64,000 nt of DNA from a virus (lineage: Duplodnaviria; Heunggongvirae; Uroviricota; Caudoviricetes). The position numbers and the translations under genes were made by a program. Under the pieces are notes generated by a model. The model worked only from the letters and a program-made list of their open reading frames with translations. It was not told where the DNA came from and searched no databases. Shown piece by piece: positions 36,522 to 45,560 of the stretch; the stretch's first letter is position 1; the number at the start of each line of letters is the position of its first letter. The DNA lies in the IMG/VR virus record IMGVR_UViG_3300042398_001353; one strand, written 5' to 3'.

Positions 36522-37406
36522 TTAGCTAATCAGTTGACCTAATTCTGCAAACACTTCGCGCTCTCTACGGCCGTACACTCCGAACAATTTGTTCTCGTTG
36601 CTATCACCTTTTAATTGGTGAGTAGTGTACTTTGTAATACCTGAGAACAATCCCCAAAGGTTACCGCCCTTGTCTTGCACCTCGCCCATAATATTCACCT
36701 CCAAATCGGATAGGATATTTTTCTTGCGAGTAGATAGAGTAGACAAATCAGCTAAACGCTCCTCACCCTCTAAATTAAGGATGCGAGTTAAAGCCAAATC
36801 CTTAACGGATGCAAAGCCTTTTGATTTAAGGGATTTAAGTAATACGGCACTAGGCTCATTGATCGAAATAGAGTCCATCTTGATAATCTGCTCGAATATC
36901 TTTTCCTCCGCGCGTAGTACATCCTCAATCTGCATACAAATCAAATCGATTCGCTCGTGCATCTTTTGAGTATGACGCACTTTGTTAGCCATCTCGCGAT
37001 AGTTAGCAAAGAAAGTGTTTTGGCAAGAGATAGTAAGATTGCTATGGCCAAAAGCAAGTGAGGTAGAGCCATCAAAACTATTCACGCAAGTAAGATACCC
37101 TTTTACCATATCATTATTTACGCGCTGGTCTTTTGTCTTTAATTGAACATAGACCTTTTGGCCTTCGCCAAAATAACCTCCTTTGTGTAGAGGTAAATCC
37201 ATCTTACCACTAATGCGGTCAAGAATTTCCATCATCTCTAAATTCTGCAAAGGGTGATAACCCTTTCCGTGTACTCCAAGAATAGCATTATTATCCGTGC
37301 GGACAATAGCAATGCTATCCGTTTCGATGTTACTTTCTGCGGTAACTAATCGTTCGCCTTTAACGGCCCAATTCAAATTCGCTTGTTTTAAAATTGCATT
37401 TTGCAT
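36522..37406 (-). CDS. hypothetical protein (possibly phage/plasmid-like DUF932 family)
   Basis: 294 aa; size and N-terminal pattern reminiscent of DUF932, not verifiable by eye. Confidence 0.35.
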   Translation of the reverse strand: MQNAILKQANLNWAVKGERLVTAESNIETDSIAIVRTDNNAILGVHGKGYHPLQNLEMMEILDRISGKMDLPLHKGGYFGEGQKVYVQLKTKDQRVNNDMVKGYLTCVNSFDGSTSLAFGHSNLTISCQNTFFANYREMANKVRHTQKMHERIDLICMQIEDVLRAEEKIFEQIIKMDSISINEPSAVLLKSLKSKGFASVKDLALTRILNLEGEERLADLSTLSTRKKNILSDLEVNIMGEVQDKGGNLWGLFSGITKYTTHQLKGDSNENKLFGVYGRREREVFAELGQLIS

Positions 37407-37582
37407 AACTGATAAAATTTAGGTTATAAATAAATTACTCCGCAAAGTAAATAAATCTATTTCAAATAAAAAAATAAGATTTATTTAAAAATATTTTAAA
37501 TTTTTTTTTCGATGCTAACTTACTGATTTTCAATAGATTAAAGCCAGAAAAAAAATAAATTTAATTTAATTACAAAAATAAA

Positions 37583-37615
37583 TTTGTGTATATGAAAAAT
37601 TAGTGCGTACTTTGT
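37583..37615 (+). promoter_or_regulatory. Bacteroidota-type promoter (TTTG-N21-TACTTTGT)
   Basis: TTTG at 37583 and TACTTTG at 37608; the -7 box overlaps the left arm of a long inverted repeat. Confidence 0.45.
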
Positions 37616-37664
37616 TGCCACAAACATAGAGGGATTGCCGATGCCCTATCAAGTAGGCAACAAA
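37611..37664 (+). promoter_or_regulatory. 9-bp inverted repeat TTTGTTGCC-N36-GGCAACAAA (operator or structured 5' leader)
   Basis: Perfect 9-bp arms at 37611..37619 and 37656..37664 with an inner aggg/ccct stem, between the promoter and ATG 37676. Confidence 0.45.
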
Positions 37665-37675
37665 TTTTAAGTATT

Positions 37676-38257
37676 ATGAACAATACAAAACCAACCCACC
37701 GCATTACTACAATGCAATTAGTTTTAATTCTTATGGGAATTAAAGGACATCCATTTAGCCATTGGGCTTTAATGACTGAGGCTACCCTAACGGGAGGTAA
37801 AAAAACTTTGGCACTATTCGGGGGAGTAGTTTACAAGTTTGCAACCTACACGATTGTAGCAAACCGCAAGTACAATAGAGCAATCGAATTGTTAGCGGAA
37901 AAGTTAAACTTGGACTTTGCTAATTGGAAACCACAAGACCACTTGTACGCGGAGCATTTAGGAGGTAATATCTTCCAACACAAAGCGGACAATCATTTAC
38001 CTTTGGAGCAAAAAAGATTGTATGCTCAATTTATGTTGCATACGGATTGCCAAAGAGAAGTGGAGTATTATGATGCTCAAATGCGACCTTTGACTTTTGA
38101 CCAAGTTAAGCCATATTTGAGAGATAATACAAGCAAAAAGCAAGTAGAGTTTGGCATCCCAAAGGAGCAACAAATCCCTTGCATCAATCCGAGTGTTAAT
38201 AACATTAGGTCGATTAGCATAAACGGAGAGAGATACGAGGTATTTGCGGAGTTGTAA
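37676..38257 (+). CDS. hypothetical protein (higher-GC island)
   Basis: 193-aa ORF in a region visibly richer in G+C. Confidence 0.4.
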   Translation: MNNTKPTHRITTMQLVLILMGIKGHPFSHWALMTEATLTGGKKTLALFGGVVYKFATYTIVANRKYNRAIELLAEKLNLDFANWKPQDHLYAEHLGGNIFQHKADNHLPLEQKRLYAQFMLHTDCQREVEYYDAQMRPLTFDQVKPYLRDNTSKKQVEFGIPKEQQIPCINPSVNNIRSISINGERYEVFAEL

Positions 38258-38326
38258 GACACTCAAAACATTGGGGTAGGTAGTTAGCCTACCCCATAAC
38301 TTTTTAACCCCTTAAATCAAATAAAA

Positions 38327-38524
38327 ATGGCTAAATCAAGCATTGTAGAAATCGACCAATTAATTCAGTTGCTACAAACTGAAAAAGCAAAGGGCGAAAC
38401 AATAGTAACCCTATACGGATATATTGCAGACAAGACAAACGACCGCAATATAATAGTAAGCGACAAATCAGCGTTTACCGAACCAAGTTTTGCGGAGTGG
38501 CAAATCGCTCGTAACGGATATTAA
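38327..38524 (+). CDS. hypothetical small protein
   Basis: 65-aa ORF. Confidence 0.3.
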   Translation: MAKSSIVEIDQLIQLLQTEKAKGETIVTLYGYIADKTNDRNIIVSDKSAFTEPSFAEWQIARNGY

Positions 38525-38553
38525 TATATTTTAACCCCTTAAATCGCTTTAAA

Positions 38554-38967
38554 ATGACAAGCAGACAAATCACAAACCCAAGCCAAGCACTTGAATTTCT
38601 TTTAGGCGGTAATGCCACCGCCACATTTGTAGGTACACAAAACCGCTTTACCTATAAGGTACGCAAGGCGGAGGATAGCGACCTCTATTTTGTATCAGTT
38701 TTAAGAGGCTCTAACAACGAGGCGGACTACTCCTACATTGGATGCCTAACGGAGCAAAGAGGCTTTTGGCAAACCGCCAAGAGTCAGTTTAAAGGACTAC
38801 CCCAATCCCTCGCATTTAGTTGGATATTCGCACACTTGCAAAGGGGTATAATTGACAGCCGTACGGAGATATGGCACGAGGGTCGCTGTTGCAAGTGCAA
38901 CCGCAAACTAACCACTCCGGAAAGTATTGAGAGAGGTATGGGAGCAGAATGCTATGGTAGGGGATAG
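38554..38967 (+). CDS. DUF6011-like zinc-ribbon protein
   Basis: C-terminal GRCCKCNRKLTTPESIERGMGAECYGRG matches the DUF6011 pattern (C..C.R.LT.P.S...G.G..C). Confidence 0.5.
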   Translation: MTSRQITNPSQALEFLLGGNATATFVGTQNRFTYKVRKAEDSDLYFVSVLRGSNNEADYSYIGCLTEQRGFWQTAKSQFKGLPQSLAFSWIFAHLQRGIIDSRTEIWHEGRCCKCNRKLTTPESIERGMGAECYGRG

Positions 38968-39003
38968 GGGTACAAATACCCCTCCCCTCCCTCCCCTCCG
39001 TAT

Positions 39004-39027
39004 CCCCTATTATATAGGGGTTTTTTC
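39004..39027 (+). terminator. rho-independent terminator after a poly-C tract
   Basis: cccct-attatat-agggg stem followed by TTTTTT; preceded by CCCCTCCCCTCCCTCCCCTCC. Confidence 0.55.
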
Positions 39028-39131
39028 GGCTTGTGGGACGGGGGACAATAGCGAGAGAAAAATTTTTCCGGAAAAAATCCCTAAAATTGGACTTTACCCC
39101 ATTTTCGAAAAAAAAATTTTTGGGAATTTTT

Positions 39132-39145
39132 TGTATTTATCATAG
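39132..39145 (+). promoter_or_regulatory. TGTATTTAT box variant
   Basis: tgtatttatcatag 13 nt upstream of ATG 39158. Confidence 0.3.
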
Positions 39146-39157
39146 AAACAAGAAGTA

Positions 39158-39976
39158 ATGGAATTATCAACAAATTCAGAATTAGATAGTCAAGCAACGG
39201 TAGATTCATTAAGTTATATAAATGATCTAATTGTTAATGAATGTAGTAAGGGTGGGTATCAAATATTTGTGGAATCATCGCGCATGAATGATGATATGAT
39301 GTCAATCCTAATGAATACCTATGGATATAATGTTACAAAGAAAACAGATGATATGGGTACTCATGTAACTTATAAGATTGATTGGACTAACGCGCCCACT
39401 CCAGTTCCCACATCAACTCCTACACCAACCCCTACCTCAACTCTAGTTCCAACACCAACAGCTACACCAGGTTTCGGTAGTTCAGGATTCCAATGGATGA
39501 CCATTAACTCAGTTACTAGTACAACTGCATCGGGTATAGGTCAAAACAATATTACCATTGCTATTACACAAAGTAAAGGTGGTATGCAGGTAGAAAGTCC
39601 AGGTATGTATGGTGCCTCAACATTCCCTCAAGAATATGGTGTTCCATCTACTGGAACTCAAATACGAAATACATCGGATGGTGTGTTTACAGCAACATTT
39701 AGTCAACCGGTTACAAATCCTTTGATTGCTTTTGCTAGTGTAGGTAATCCAGGTTTAGCTGTTCCCGTTCAATCAACCTTACCGTTTACCCCAATTTGGA
39801 GTACAGCAACTACTTATCAAAATCTAGTAAACGGAACACAGTACACGCAGTTTACAGGAAGTGAAGGGTTTAACATTATCCGTATAGATGGTACATTAAG
39901 TAGTGTGAGTTTTACCTATACTGTTACAGAATTCTATTGTACTGTTTGCTTTGGATTCGAGGATCAGAATAATTAA
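39158..39976 (+). CDS. two-domain protein with Pro/Thr linker (candidate fibre/receptor-binding or carbohydrate-binding protein)
   Basis: PTPVPTSTPTPTPTSTLVPTPTATP linker joins an N-terminal domain to a beta-rich S/T/G C-terminal domain. Confidence 0.4.
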   Translation: MELSTNSELDSQATVDSLSYINDLIVNECSKGGYQIFVESSRMNDDMMSILMNTYGYNVTKKTDDMGTHVTYKIDWTNAPTPVPTSTPTPTPTSTLVPTPTATPGFGSSGFQWMTINSVTSTTASGIGQNNITIAITQSKGGMQVESPGMYGASTFPQEYGVPSTGTQIRNTSDGVFTATFSQPVTNPLIAFASVGNPGLAVPVQSTLPFTPIWSTATTYQNLVNGTQYTQFTGSEGFNIIRIDGTLSSVSFTYTVTEFYCTVCFGFEDQNN

Positions 39977-39997
39977 TCAACACCAACAGCTTAATAT

Positions 39998-40552
39998 ATG
40001 AAATTACAAGAAAACATACAAAGGATCAAACAGGTAATGGGTTTAAATGAGATGAGAAATCCATGGTTCAATTATGTGCAATCCAAAACAAAGGAAATTA
40101 CTGGACAGGATTGGCCTGAGTATGTATTAAAGGATTGGTTGTATGCTTTCACCAAAAGAAGTTATTTTCCTGAGAAGGGTGAAACTCCAGAAGATTATAA
40201 AAACATTGTTAGGTCCTTTGTGGAAAGTTTTGTAGAGGGACACGGTAAAGGTAAATGGGAATACAGGGTATTGGATGTTAGTATGGATATTTTTATTCCA
40301 TCTATACAAGATTCGTTAAAACAAAAGATGGAAGGGTCTATTAGTACAGATGTTCCCAAAGATGAAGAAAGACATAATGTACAGCAATCTCAATTAGATA
40401 AGGTGGGAGTATCTCCTGAACCTATTATTGTTCTGCAGAAGAAAGACGGAATTGAATTATTGGAAGGTTGGCACAGAACCACATCAGCGCTTAAGAAATT
40501 TGGCACATATCAGCAAAATGCTTGGGTATATGTTCCTGACATGTTAAAATAG
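39998..40552 (+). CDS. leader-tagged protein, class-2 leader
   Basis: MKLQENIQRIKQVMGLNEM; shares the N-E-x-I-x-R-I/V-K-x-x-M-G/N-L-x-E leader with 46202 and 46726. Confidence 0.45.
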   Translation: MKLQENIQRIKQVMGLNEMRNPWFNYVQSKTKEITGQDWPEYVLKDWLYAFTKRSYFPEKGETPEDYKNIVRSFVESFVEGHGKGKWEYRVLDVSMDIFIPSIQDSLKQKMEGSISTDVPKDEERHNVQQSQLDKVGVSPEPIIVLQKKDGIELLEGWHRTTSALKKFGTYQQNAWVYVPDMLK

Positions 40553-40573
40553 TTTTTCCAGAATTTTTTAATA

Positions 40574-40586
40574 ATATTTATATATA
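40574..40586 (+). promoter_or_regulatory. ATATTTATATATA box
   Basis: Ends 1 nt before ATG 40587. Confidence 0.4.
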
Positions 40587-41153
40587 ATGAAATTAATTGA
40601 CATCCTTAACGAATCGGCAGAGCAACAGAACATCAATAAGGTTAAGACCGAGTTCTCAAGAAGGTTCGATAAATTTGTTGCAAAATATACCCCTGAATTA
40701 AAGCAAGCATCTAAGGTTATTGATGTTTTTCCTATTGTGGCCCAGGTTAAAATTTACGTATTAAATAGAATAGCACAAGAGTATCCCAACATGATATCCG
40801 GTAAAGGTGGTGATAAGTTTGCTTATGGTGCTTGGGTTTATGCTAGTGGTTTACTTAATAGTGAGATAGACAAGATCGGTTGGGTTAAGAAGCAAGCCAT
40901 TAAAACACTTGCGGGGAGTAGGGATAAGTTTATGCAAAACTCCAAAATTGCTGCCAATGATACCGATCAGTTATATGATTTCATTTCTGGTGTTTTGGAT
41001 ATTGGGTATATTGCTGGGAGTGAGTTGATTGATGATATGAAGTTGGCTGACAATTCAACAAGTTATAGTCAACAGTATATGGACTGGATAAGTAAGAACT
41101 GGAGAAAGATGGAGACCAGTGTGATTAATTCAATTGCAAACAAATTATATTAA
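40587..41153 (+). CDS. leader-tagged protein
   Basis: MKLIDILNESAEQQ. Confidence 0.45.
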   Translation: MKLIDILNESAEQQNINKVKTEFSRRFDKFVAKYTPELKQASKVIDVFPIVAQVKIYVLNRIAQEYPNMISGKGGDKFAYGAWVYASGLLNSEIDKIGWVKKQAIKTLAGSRDKFMQNSKIAANDTDQLYDFISGVLDIGYIAGSELIDDMKLADNSTSYSQQYMDWISKNWRKMETSVINSIANKLY

Positions 41154-41687
41154 ATGAAACTATTATCAGTAATAAGTGAGATTGCAACAGATTTAAGTAA
41201 GGTATATCCTTTTTCCAAGATAGAGAAGAGTTTTGATCCAGCTGAAAGAGATAAAACCATATATAACTTTGAGACTGAGAGTGGTAAACTATATAAGGTT
41301 AGTTTTTTCCCTATATCAAATAGATTCTATCCGGACGGAACTTATGTAAGGGAGTATGCTCCATATGATATGCTTGGGTGGCAGGGAACTGGTATTGATG
41401 ATAAGTCATTAACCGGGGAGAATAAAGCATTGAAAGTTAATGCAACCGTTATGGCAATTACCATTGATTGGTTAAATAACAATAAGGATCTGAATACATT
41501 CTATCAATTACTTATTAAGCCTGTGGATAAAAGAAGATATAAGTTGGTTATGATGTTTATCAATAATCACATTGCTGGTCAATATGACATTACACATGAT
41601 GACTCGCTGGGTGAAACGATTATCATTCGTAATATTGGTGCTAAACCTAGATATTTTGATATGGGCACACGTATGTGGACACGTTAA
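41154..41687 (+). CDS. leader-tagged protein
   Basis: MKLLSVISEIATD. Confidence 0.45.
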   Translation: MKLLSVISEIATDLSKVYPFSKIEKSFDPAERDKTIYNFETESGKLYKVSFFPISNRFYPDGTYVREYAPYDMLGWQGTGIDDKSLTGENKALKVNATVMAITIDWLNNNKDLNTFYQLLIKPVDKRRYKLVMMFINNHIAGQYDITHDDSLGETIIIRNIGAKPRYFDMGTRMWTR

Positions 41688-41698
41688 CATCCTCTAAA

Positions 41699-41710
41699 GT
41701 ATTTATATAA
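41699..41710 (+). promoter_or_regulatory. GTATTTATATAA box
   Basis: 12 nt upstream of ATG 41722. Confidence 0.35.
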
Positions 41711-41721
41711 AAACATTAAAG

Positions 41722-41985
41722 ATGGGTAAGAACATATCACTAACAGACGCTCAATTAAAAGCATTAGTTAAAAAAGTACTTAATGAAGGTGCGGAAGAAG
41801 CTTCACAGGTAAAGCTTCAAAGATGGCAGCAATTTGTTAAAGCTGTGAATATGCATTTAAATCAGATAAAAAATACTCCACAAATACAAACAAACCAACA
41901 ACTTATGGATGAAATGGTAAAAGAGATAATGTTGGACTGTAAGGACTTCCTAAGTAAAAAAGAAATTAAAATTACAATCCAATAA
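41722..41985 (+). CDS. leader-tagged small protein
   Basis: MGKNISLTDAQLKALVKKVLNEGAEE. Confidence 0.45.
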   Translation: MGKNISLTDAQLKALVKKVLNEGAEEASQVKLQRWQQFVKAVNMHLNQIKNTPQIQTNQQLMDEMVKEIMLDCKDFLSKKEIKITIQ

Positions 41986-41987
41986 CG

Positions 41988-42014
41988 AGACCCTCCAAAA
42001 CGGAGGGTTTTTTG
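41988..42014 (+). terminator. rho-independent terminator
   Basis: ccctcc-aaaacg-gaggg(g) followed by TTTTTT. Confidence 0.7.
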
Positions 42015-42015
42015 T

Positions 42016-42030
42016 TTATATTTATACTAT
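42016..42030 (+). promoter_or_regulatory. TTATATTTATACTAT box
   Basis: Immediately precedes ATG 42031. Confidence 0.4.
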
Positions 42031-42513
42031 ATGAAATTTTCTAAACTTATAGCGGAAATCTTAATGGAACAAACATCATGTGAGGATCCTGATGATTGTG
42101 TTCCGGAATCAAAGGTATCAGAATTTCCAACTCCAGAAGAGATAAAAGCGGAGATTATTGCTCAAGGTATTGCACATCCAGATATAGTATTTGCTCAAGC
42201 TAGAATAGAGACCGGTAATTTTACAAGTAACATATACAAAGAAAACCATAATTTATTTGGAATGAAGGTTCCAACCAAGAGACCACATGATTTGGTTATA
42301 GGTAAGAATAGAGGTCATTCACAATATGCAAACTGGAAAGATTCCATTGCGGATTATAAGGTTTGGCAGAACTATATGAAGACATCCAAAACAAAGACCC
42401 CATTTAGTCAATTAGATCAAGAAGCATATCTTAAGATGTTAACAAGGGTATATTGTATTCCTCCTGATTGTAAGACCCCATATGGTGAAGAGGTTAGAAA
42501 GAGAATGGGGTAA
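42031..42513 (+). CDS. leader-tagged glucosaminidase-like (FlgJ-type lysozyme family) peptidoglycan hydrolase
   Basis: MKFSKLIAEILMEQ leader; IVFAQARIETGNF...HNLFGMK matches the Glucosaminidase signature (AQA.LETGWG...NNLFGIK). Confidence 0.6.
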   Translation: MKFSKLIAEILMEQTSCEDPDDCVPESKVSEFPTPEEIKAEIIAQGIAHPDIVFAQARIETGNFTSNIYKENHNLFGMKVPTKRPHDLVIGKNRGHSQYANWKDSIADYKVWQNYMKTSKTKTPFSQLDQEAYLKMLTRVYCIPPDCKTPYGEEVRKRMG

Positions 42514-42531
42514 AAAACTATTTATTATATT

Positions 42532-43257
42532 ATGAAACTTATTATAACAGAATCTCAGCTTAAGAGAATTATTAGCGAAAATGTTAAGATTAAACCTGGC
42601 TCTCCTGAGGAGTTGGTTGGTTTATTGGATTTGTTACCAGTACATGACACAGCCAAGTATATTGGTGAAGAGATTTATCAGGATGTGATGAACTATTTTG
42701 ATAATGATGTTGAGTTACCTAGTGAAAAGAAATATTCGTTTCATCCAGAGGAAGCGTGTTTGCGTCCATATGAGGTAACCATCGATTTTATGCCATCAAA
42801 TAACAGCACGGGTCTTGGTTATGCTAGTGAGGACTATATTCAGGTAAAATTTTTAAGCAAGGATTCTAATGAATATAAGATGTCAAAAGGGTTTAATCCG
42901 GCTTGGCGTTTGGTTAAGGGATTATATCATATCCTTAAGCATGAGTGTAGTCATTTCTATTTGTCACAAAGGGGTGTTGAGCAATGTTTATATAACACAC
43001 ATCCAGATGGTATGAAGAAGTATTATCAGGATAGACAGGAGTTGGTTTTACACAGCAGAGAGATATTTGATAGATTCCAGGACGATTATCCTAATTGGAA
43101 AACGATGGATCTTGAATTAATTACCAAAAGAATTAGCAATAGGGTTAGGGATTTGCGTAGTCATACCAATATACACGCACCATTTAATGCTGGTACACAG
43201 AAGAAGTATGTTAGTTTCATTATAAACAGCTATATTAAACCAAACCTACAATCATAG
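42532..43257 (+). CDS. leader-tagged protein
   Basis: MKLIITESQLKRIISENV: consensus leader. Confidence 0.5.
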   Translation: MKLIITESQLKRIISENVKIKPGSPEELVGLLDLLPVHDTAKYIGEEIYQDVMNYFDNDVELPSEKKYSFHPEEACLRPYEVTIDFMPSNNSTGLGYASEDYIQVKFLSKDSNEYKMSKGFNPAWRLVKGLYHILKHECSHFYLSQRGVEQCLYNTHPDGMKKYYQDRQELVLHSREIFDRFQDDYPNWKTMDLELITKRISNRVRDLRSHTNIHAPFNAGTQKKYVSFIINSYIKPNLQS

Positions 43258-43271
43258 ATATTTATATAAAA
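43257..43271 (+). promoter_or_regulatory. GATATTTATATAAAA box
   Basis: 10 nt upstream of ATG 43281. Confidence 0.35.
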
Positions 43272-43280
43272 AACAAAAAA

Positions 43281-43607
43281 ATGGCTAATAAAAAGCAATT
43301 AATAGATCTATTAGAAAGATTACATGAGTACATGGATAATATCGCTGATGCTGATGGAGATTCTGAAGGATATCATCCAAATGAGGAAATGTCACTTATG
43401 ATTGAAATCGACGATATGTTGTATAGTCTAGGTGTTGAAGGACACGGATCTCATGCAAGAGCATCTGTTGATCCTAATTATGTGAGAGGTGGATTCGAAA
43501 TGGGCGAAGAAGCGCATGAAGAAGAGGAAGATCAAGAAGAAAAATATGACGCCGGATTAATGGAGTCAATAAATAAAATAAAAACAGAATTTAAAAGATA
43601 TTTGTAA
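43281..43607 (+). CDS. leader-tagged acidic small protein
   Basis: MANKKQLIDLLERLHEYMDN; E-rich. Confidence 0.4.
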   Translation: MANKKQLIDLLERLHEYMDNIADADGDSEGYHPNEEMSLMIEIDDMLYSLGVEGHGSHARASVDPNYVRGGFEMGEEAHEEEEDQEEKYDAGLMESINKIKTEFKRYL

Positions 43608-44092
43608 TGTATAAAAATTTTAATTTAACAGACGAAGAAAGAAAAGAGATCATGGAGCAGCATGCTGCGCATGGTTATAAGAAACCAATAAGCGAACAAT
43701 TAACCCCTAAAGCAACTGTTGTTGGTAAGTCCGCAACATTCTATGCAACTGAGCAAGAAGCATTGGATGCGTACGAGGCTGGTAAGCCAAATCCTTCTGC
43801 TAAGGGTTCAGTAATTGGAACCATTACGGGAATGGATAAAATCGAGAACGATTTTGTTAGTTTTAAATTGAAAGTAACTGGTGGTGTTCATGATGATAGA
43901 GGTGCTCTTGGTAAATTAATGGGTGGCGGTCTTGTTGTTACCTTTAAAAGAATCGATGGGTTTTTTACCATACAAGGTGCTGAAGGTAAAAAGTTCTATA
44001 GCGAATCCGTTAAGAAGATATTGGAAGAAACATATTTCACCTCTGATTTGGCTTCGGTTAATAAGCCGAACGCTAACGGTAATATGGCTTAA
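43607..44092 (+). CDS. leader-tagged protein
   Basis: MYKNFNLTDEERKEIMEQ. Confidence 0.4.
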   Translation: MYKNFNLTDEERKEIMEQHAAHGYKKPISEQLTPKATVVGKSATFYATEQEALDAYEAGKPNPSAKGSVIGTITGMDKIENDFVSFKLKVTGGVHDDRGALGKLMGGGLVVTFKRIDGFFTIQGAEGKKFYSESVKKILEETYFTSDLASVNKPNANGNMA

Positions 44093-44117
44093 TTAAGCCT
44101 TTTAAAAAATTATAAAA

Positions 44118-44144
44118 GACCCTCTCATTGTAGAGGGTTTTTTG
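44118..44144 (+). terminator. rho-independent terminator
   Basis: ccctct-cattgt-agaggg followed by TTTTTT. Confidence 0.7.
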
Positions 44145-44159
44145 TTATATTTATATATT
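44145..44159 (+). promoter_or_regulatory. TTATATTTATATATT box
   Basis: Immediately precedes ATG 44160. Confidence 0.4.
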
Positions 44160-44663
44160 ATGAAGTTTAGAGACGTAATAAAAAGCATATTGATTAATGA
44201 GGACGAGAACGGCCCATCTGATAATGCAAAATGGATTGCAAAACAAGTATTGGTTAAGTTTATGTTTGCTGATAGTAAAGAACAGACTGATTTTGTAACA
44301 GATTATGATCTAACTGTAAATGGTGAATCGTCCTTTCTTCTAGATCCTGGTAGTGGTCATGAGTTTTGGCTTGAATACACTTTTGAAATTGATGTCACAT
44401 CATACCCATCATATACCCCAGCAACATGGGACGATCCAGGTGACTATGATCCAGCAGAATATGGATTTAATATAACAGGTTTGTCAGTTATTGAGAATAA
44501 CGAATCGGTATATAAGGGACCAGATTTTACCAATTTTTTAGATTTTAAGGTTGGGGAATTGGAATCACGTTATGGTGCACCTAGAAAAATAGATGGTTCT
44601 GATTTCTTATATGAATTTTTTGGTGATAGAATTGAAGAAGAATTAAATAACCTAATTGATTAA
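44160..44663 (+). CDS. leader-tagged protein
   Basis: True start MKFRDVIKSILINEDENG at 44160; the track start at 44142 lies in the promoter box. Confidence 0.45.
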   Translation: MKFRDVIKSILINEDENGPSDNAKWIAKQVLVKFMFADSKEQTDFVTDYDLTVNGESSFLLDPGSGHEFWLEYTFEIDVTSYPSYTPATWDDPGDYDPAEYGFNITGLSVIENNESVYKGPDFTNFLDFKVGELESRYGAPRKIDGSDFLYEFFGDRIEEELNNLID

Positions 44664-44666
44664 AAA

Positions 44667-45560
44667 ATGAAAAAACTAATATTAATTCTGTCACTAATTT
44701 TTACAACCTTTGTTACAAACGCACAAATACAAAAGCCAGATACACTACAACTATCTGCTAAAGAATTATTTGGAGAAAGTGGCGATTGGAATAATTTGGG
44801 TATATTAGAATCATATATTGATTTTTCAAAAGATGTGCTTTCATCATCAAACCTTTCTATTGGTGTAATTGGTAAGCAGGTATCTACCACTTTAAATCTG
44901 GGATATAGTAAAACATCTAAAAATGGTAGGTGGGGTCATTCATTCTCCACGTCTATAAACCCAATATGGAAATATTATGGTGTGGGTTATGGTTTTACCA
45001 GAAATACAAATAATAGAACTACCACATTACAATCATTTTATTCTACGGATTTCGATTTTCAAAAAGACATTACCCTATCATTCATTGATGTGTTCAGAAC
45101 TAAAAAGTTTGGAACATTCGGTTATAGTGTAATTGCTTCGAAATCATTTTGGGGCGACTATGAAGGTGAGTGGGAGGGAAAATATACAGTAGATACTAAT
45201 GGTAACTTTTTGGATTTAATCTATCCTATGATGCCAGCATCAAGTGAAATGGTGTATAAGGGTATGTTAATGTACACATATACATTTAAAACAAAGTTAG
45301 TTAATATCTCACCACAAGTATTTGCTATGAGCGATATCTATAAGGATTTTAAAGATGGGACAGCGTCTGATTTAGCATATTTAGATGATTTTAATTTGGA
45401 TTTATATTATGGTACATCTATGGATTGGAAATTGGGTAAACGATTCGTTTTGAATACAAACATTAGATATAACACAACTTGGGATAAATTGTCAAAATCC
45501 GTAGGATATAAAAAGGCCAATCCAATTTTATTTATGATTGGAACAAACTTTCAATTTTAA
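44667..45560 (+). CDS. secreted outer-membrane beta-barrel-like protein
   Basis: Signal peptide MKKLILILSLIFTTFVTNAQ (Bacteroidota-type cleavage NA-Q); alternating amphipathic pattern; ends ...GTNFQF with terminal Phe. Confidence 0.45.
   Translation: MKKLILILSLIFTTFVTNAQIQKPDTLQLSAKELFGESGDWNNLGILESYIDFSKDVLSSSNLSIGVIGKQVSTTLNLGYSKTSKNGRWGHSFSTSINPIWKYYGVGYGFTRNTNNRTTTLQSFYSTDFDFQKDITLSFIDVFRTKKFGTFGYSVIASKSFWGDYEGEWEGKYTVDTNGNFLDLIYPMMPASSEMVYKGMLMYTYTFKTKLVNISPQVFAMSDIYKDFKDGTASDLAYLDDFNLDLYYGTSMDWKLGKRFVLNTNIRYNTTWDKLSKSVGYKKANPILFMIGTNFQF

Noticed and set aside
38966-39002. CCCCTCCCCTCCCTCCCCTCC as a coding low-complexity region or as a frameshift-prone gene
   Set aside because: It lies downstream of the stop of 38554..38967 and upstream of a clear hairpin terminator, so it is non-coding. 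It is noted only as an unusual C-rich element.
39380-39480. PT-rich tract (PTPVPTSTPTPTPTSTLVPTPTATP) as a DNA tandem repeat or mobile-element signature
   Set aside because: It is an in-frame Pro/Thr interdomain linker within a coding sequence, typical of secreted or fibre proteins, not a non-coding repeat.
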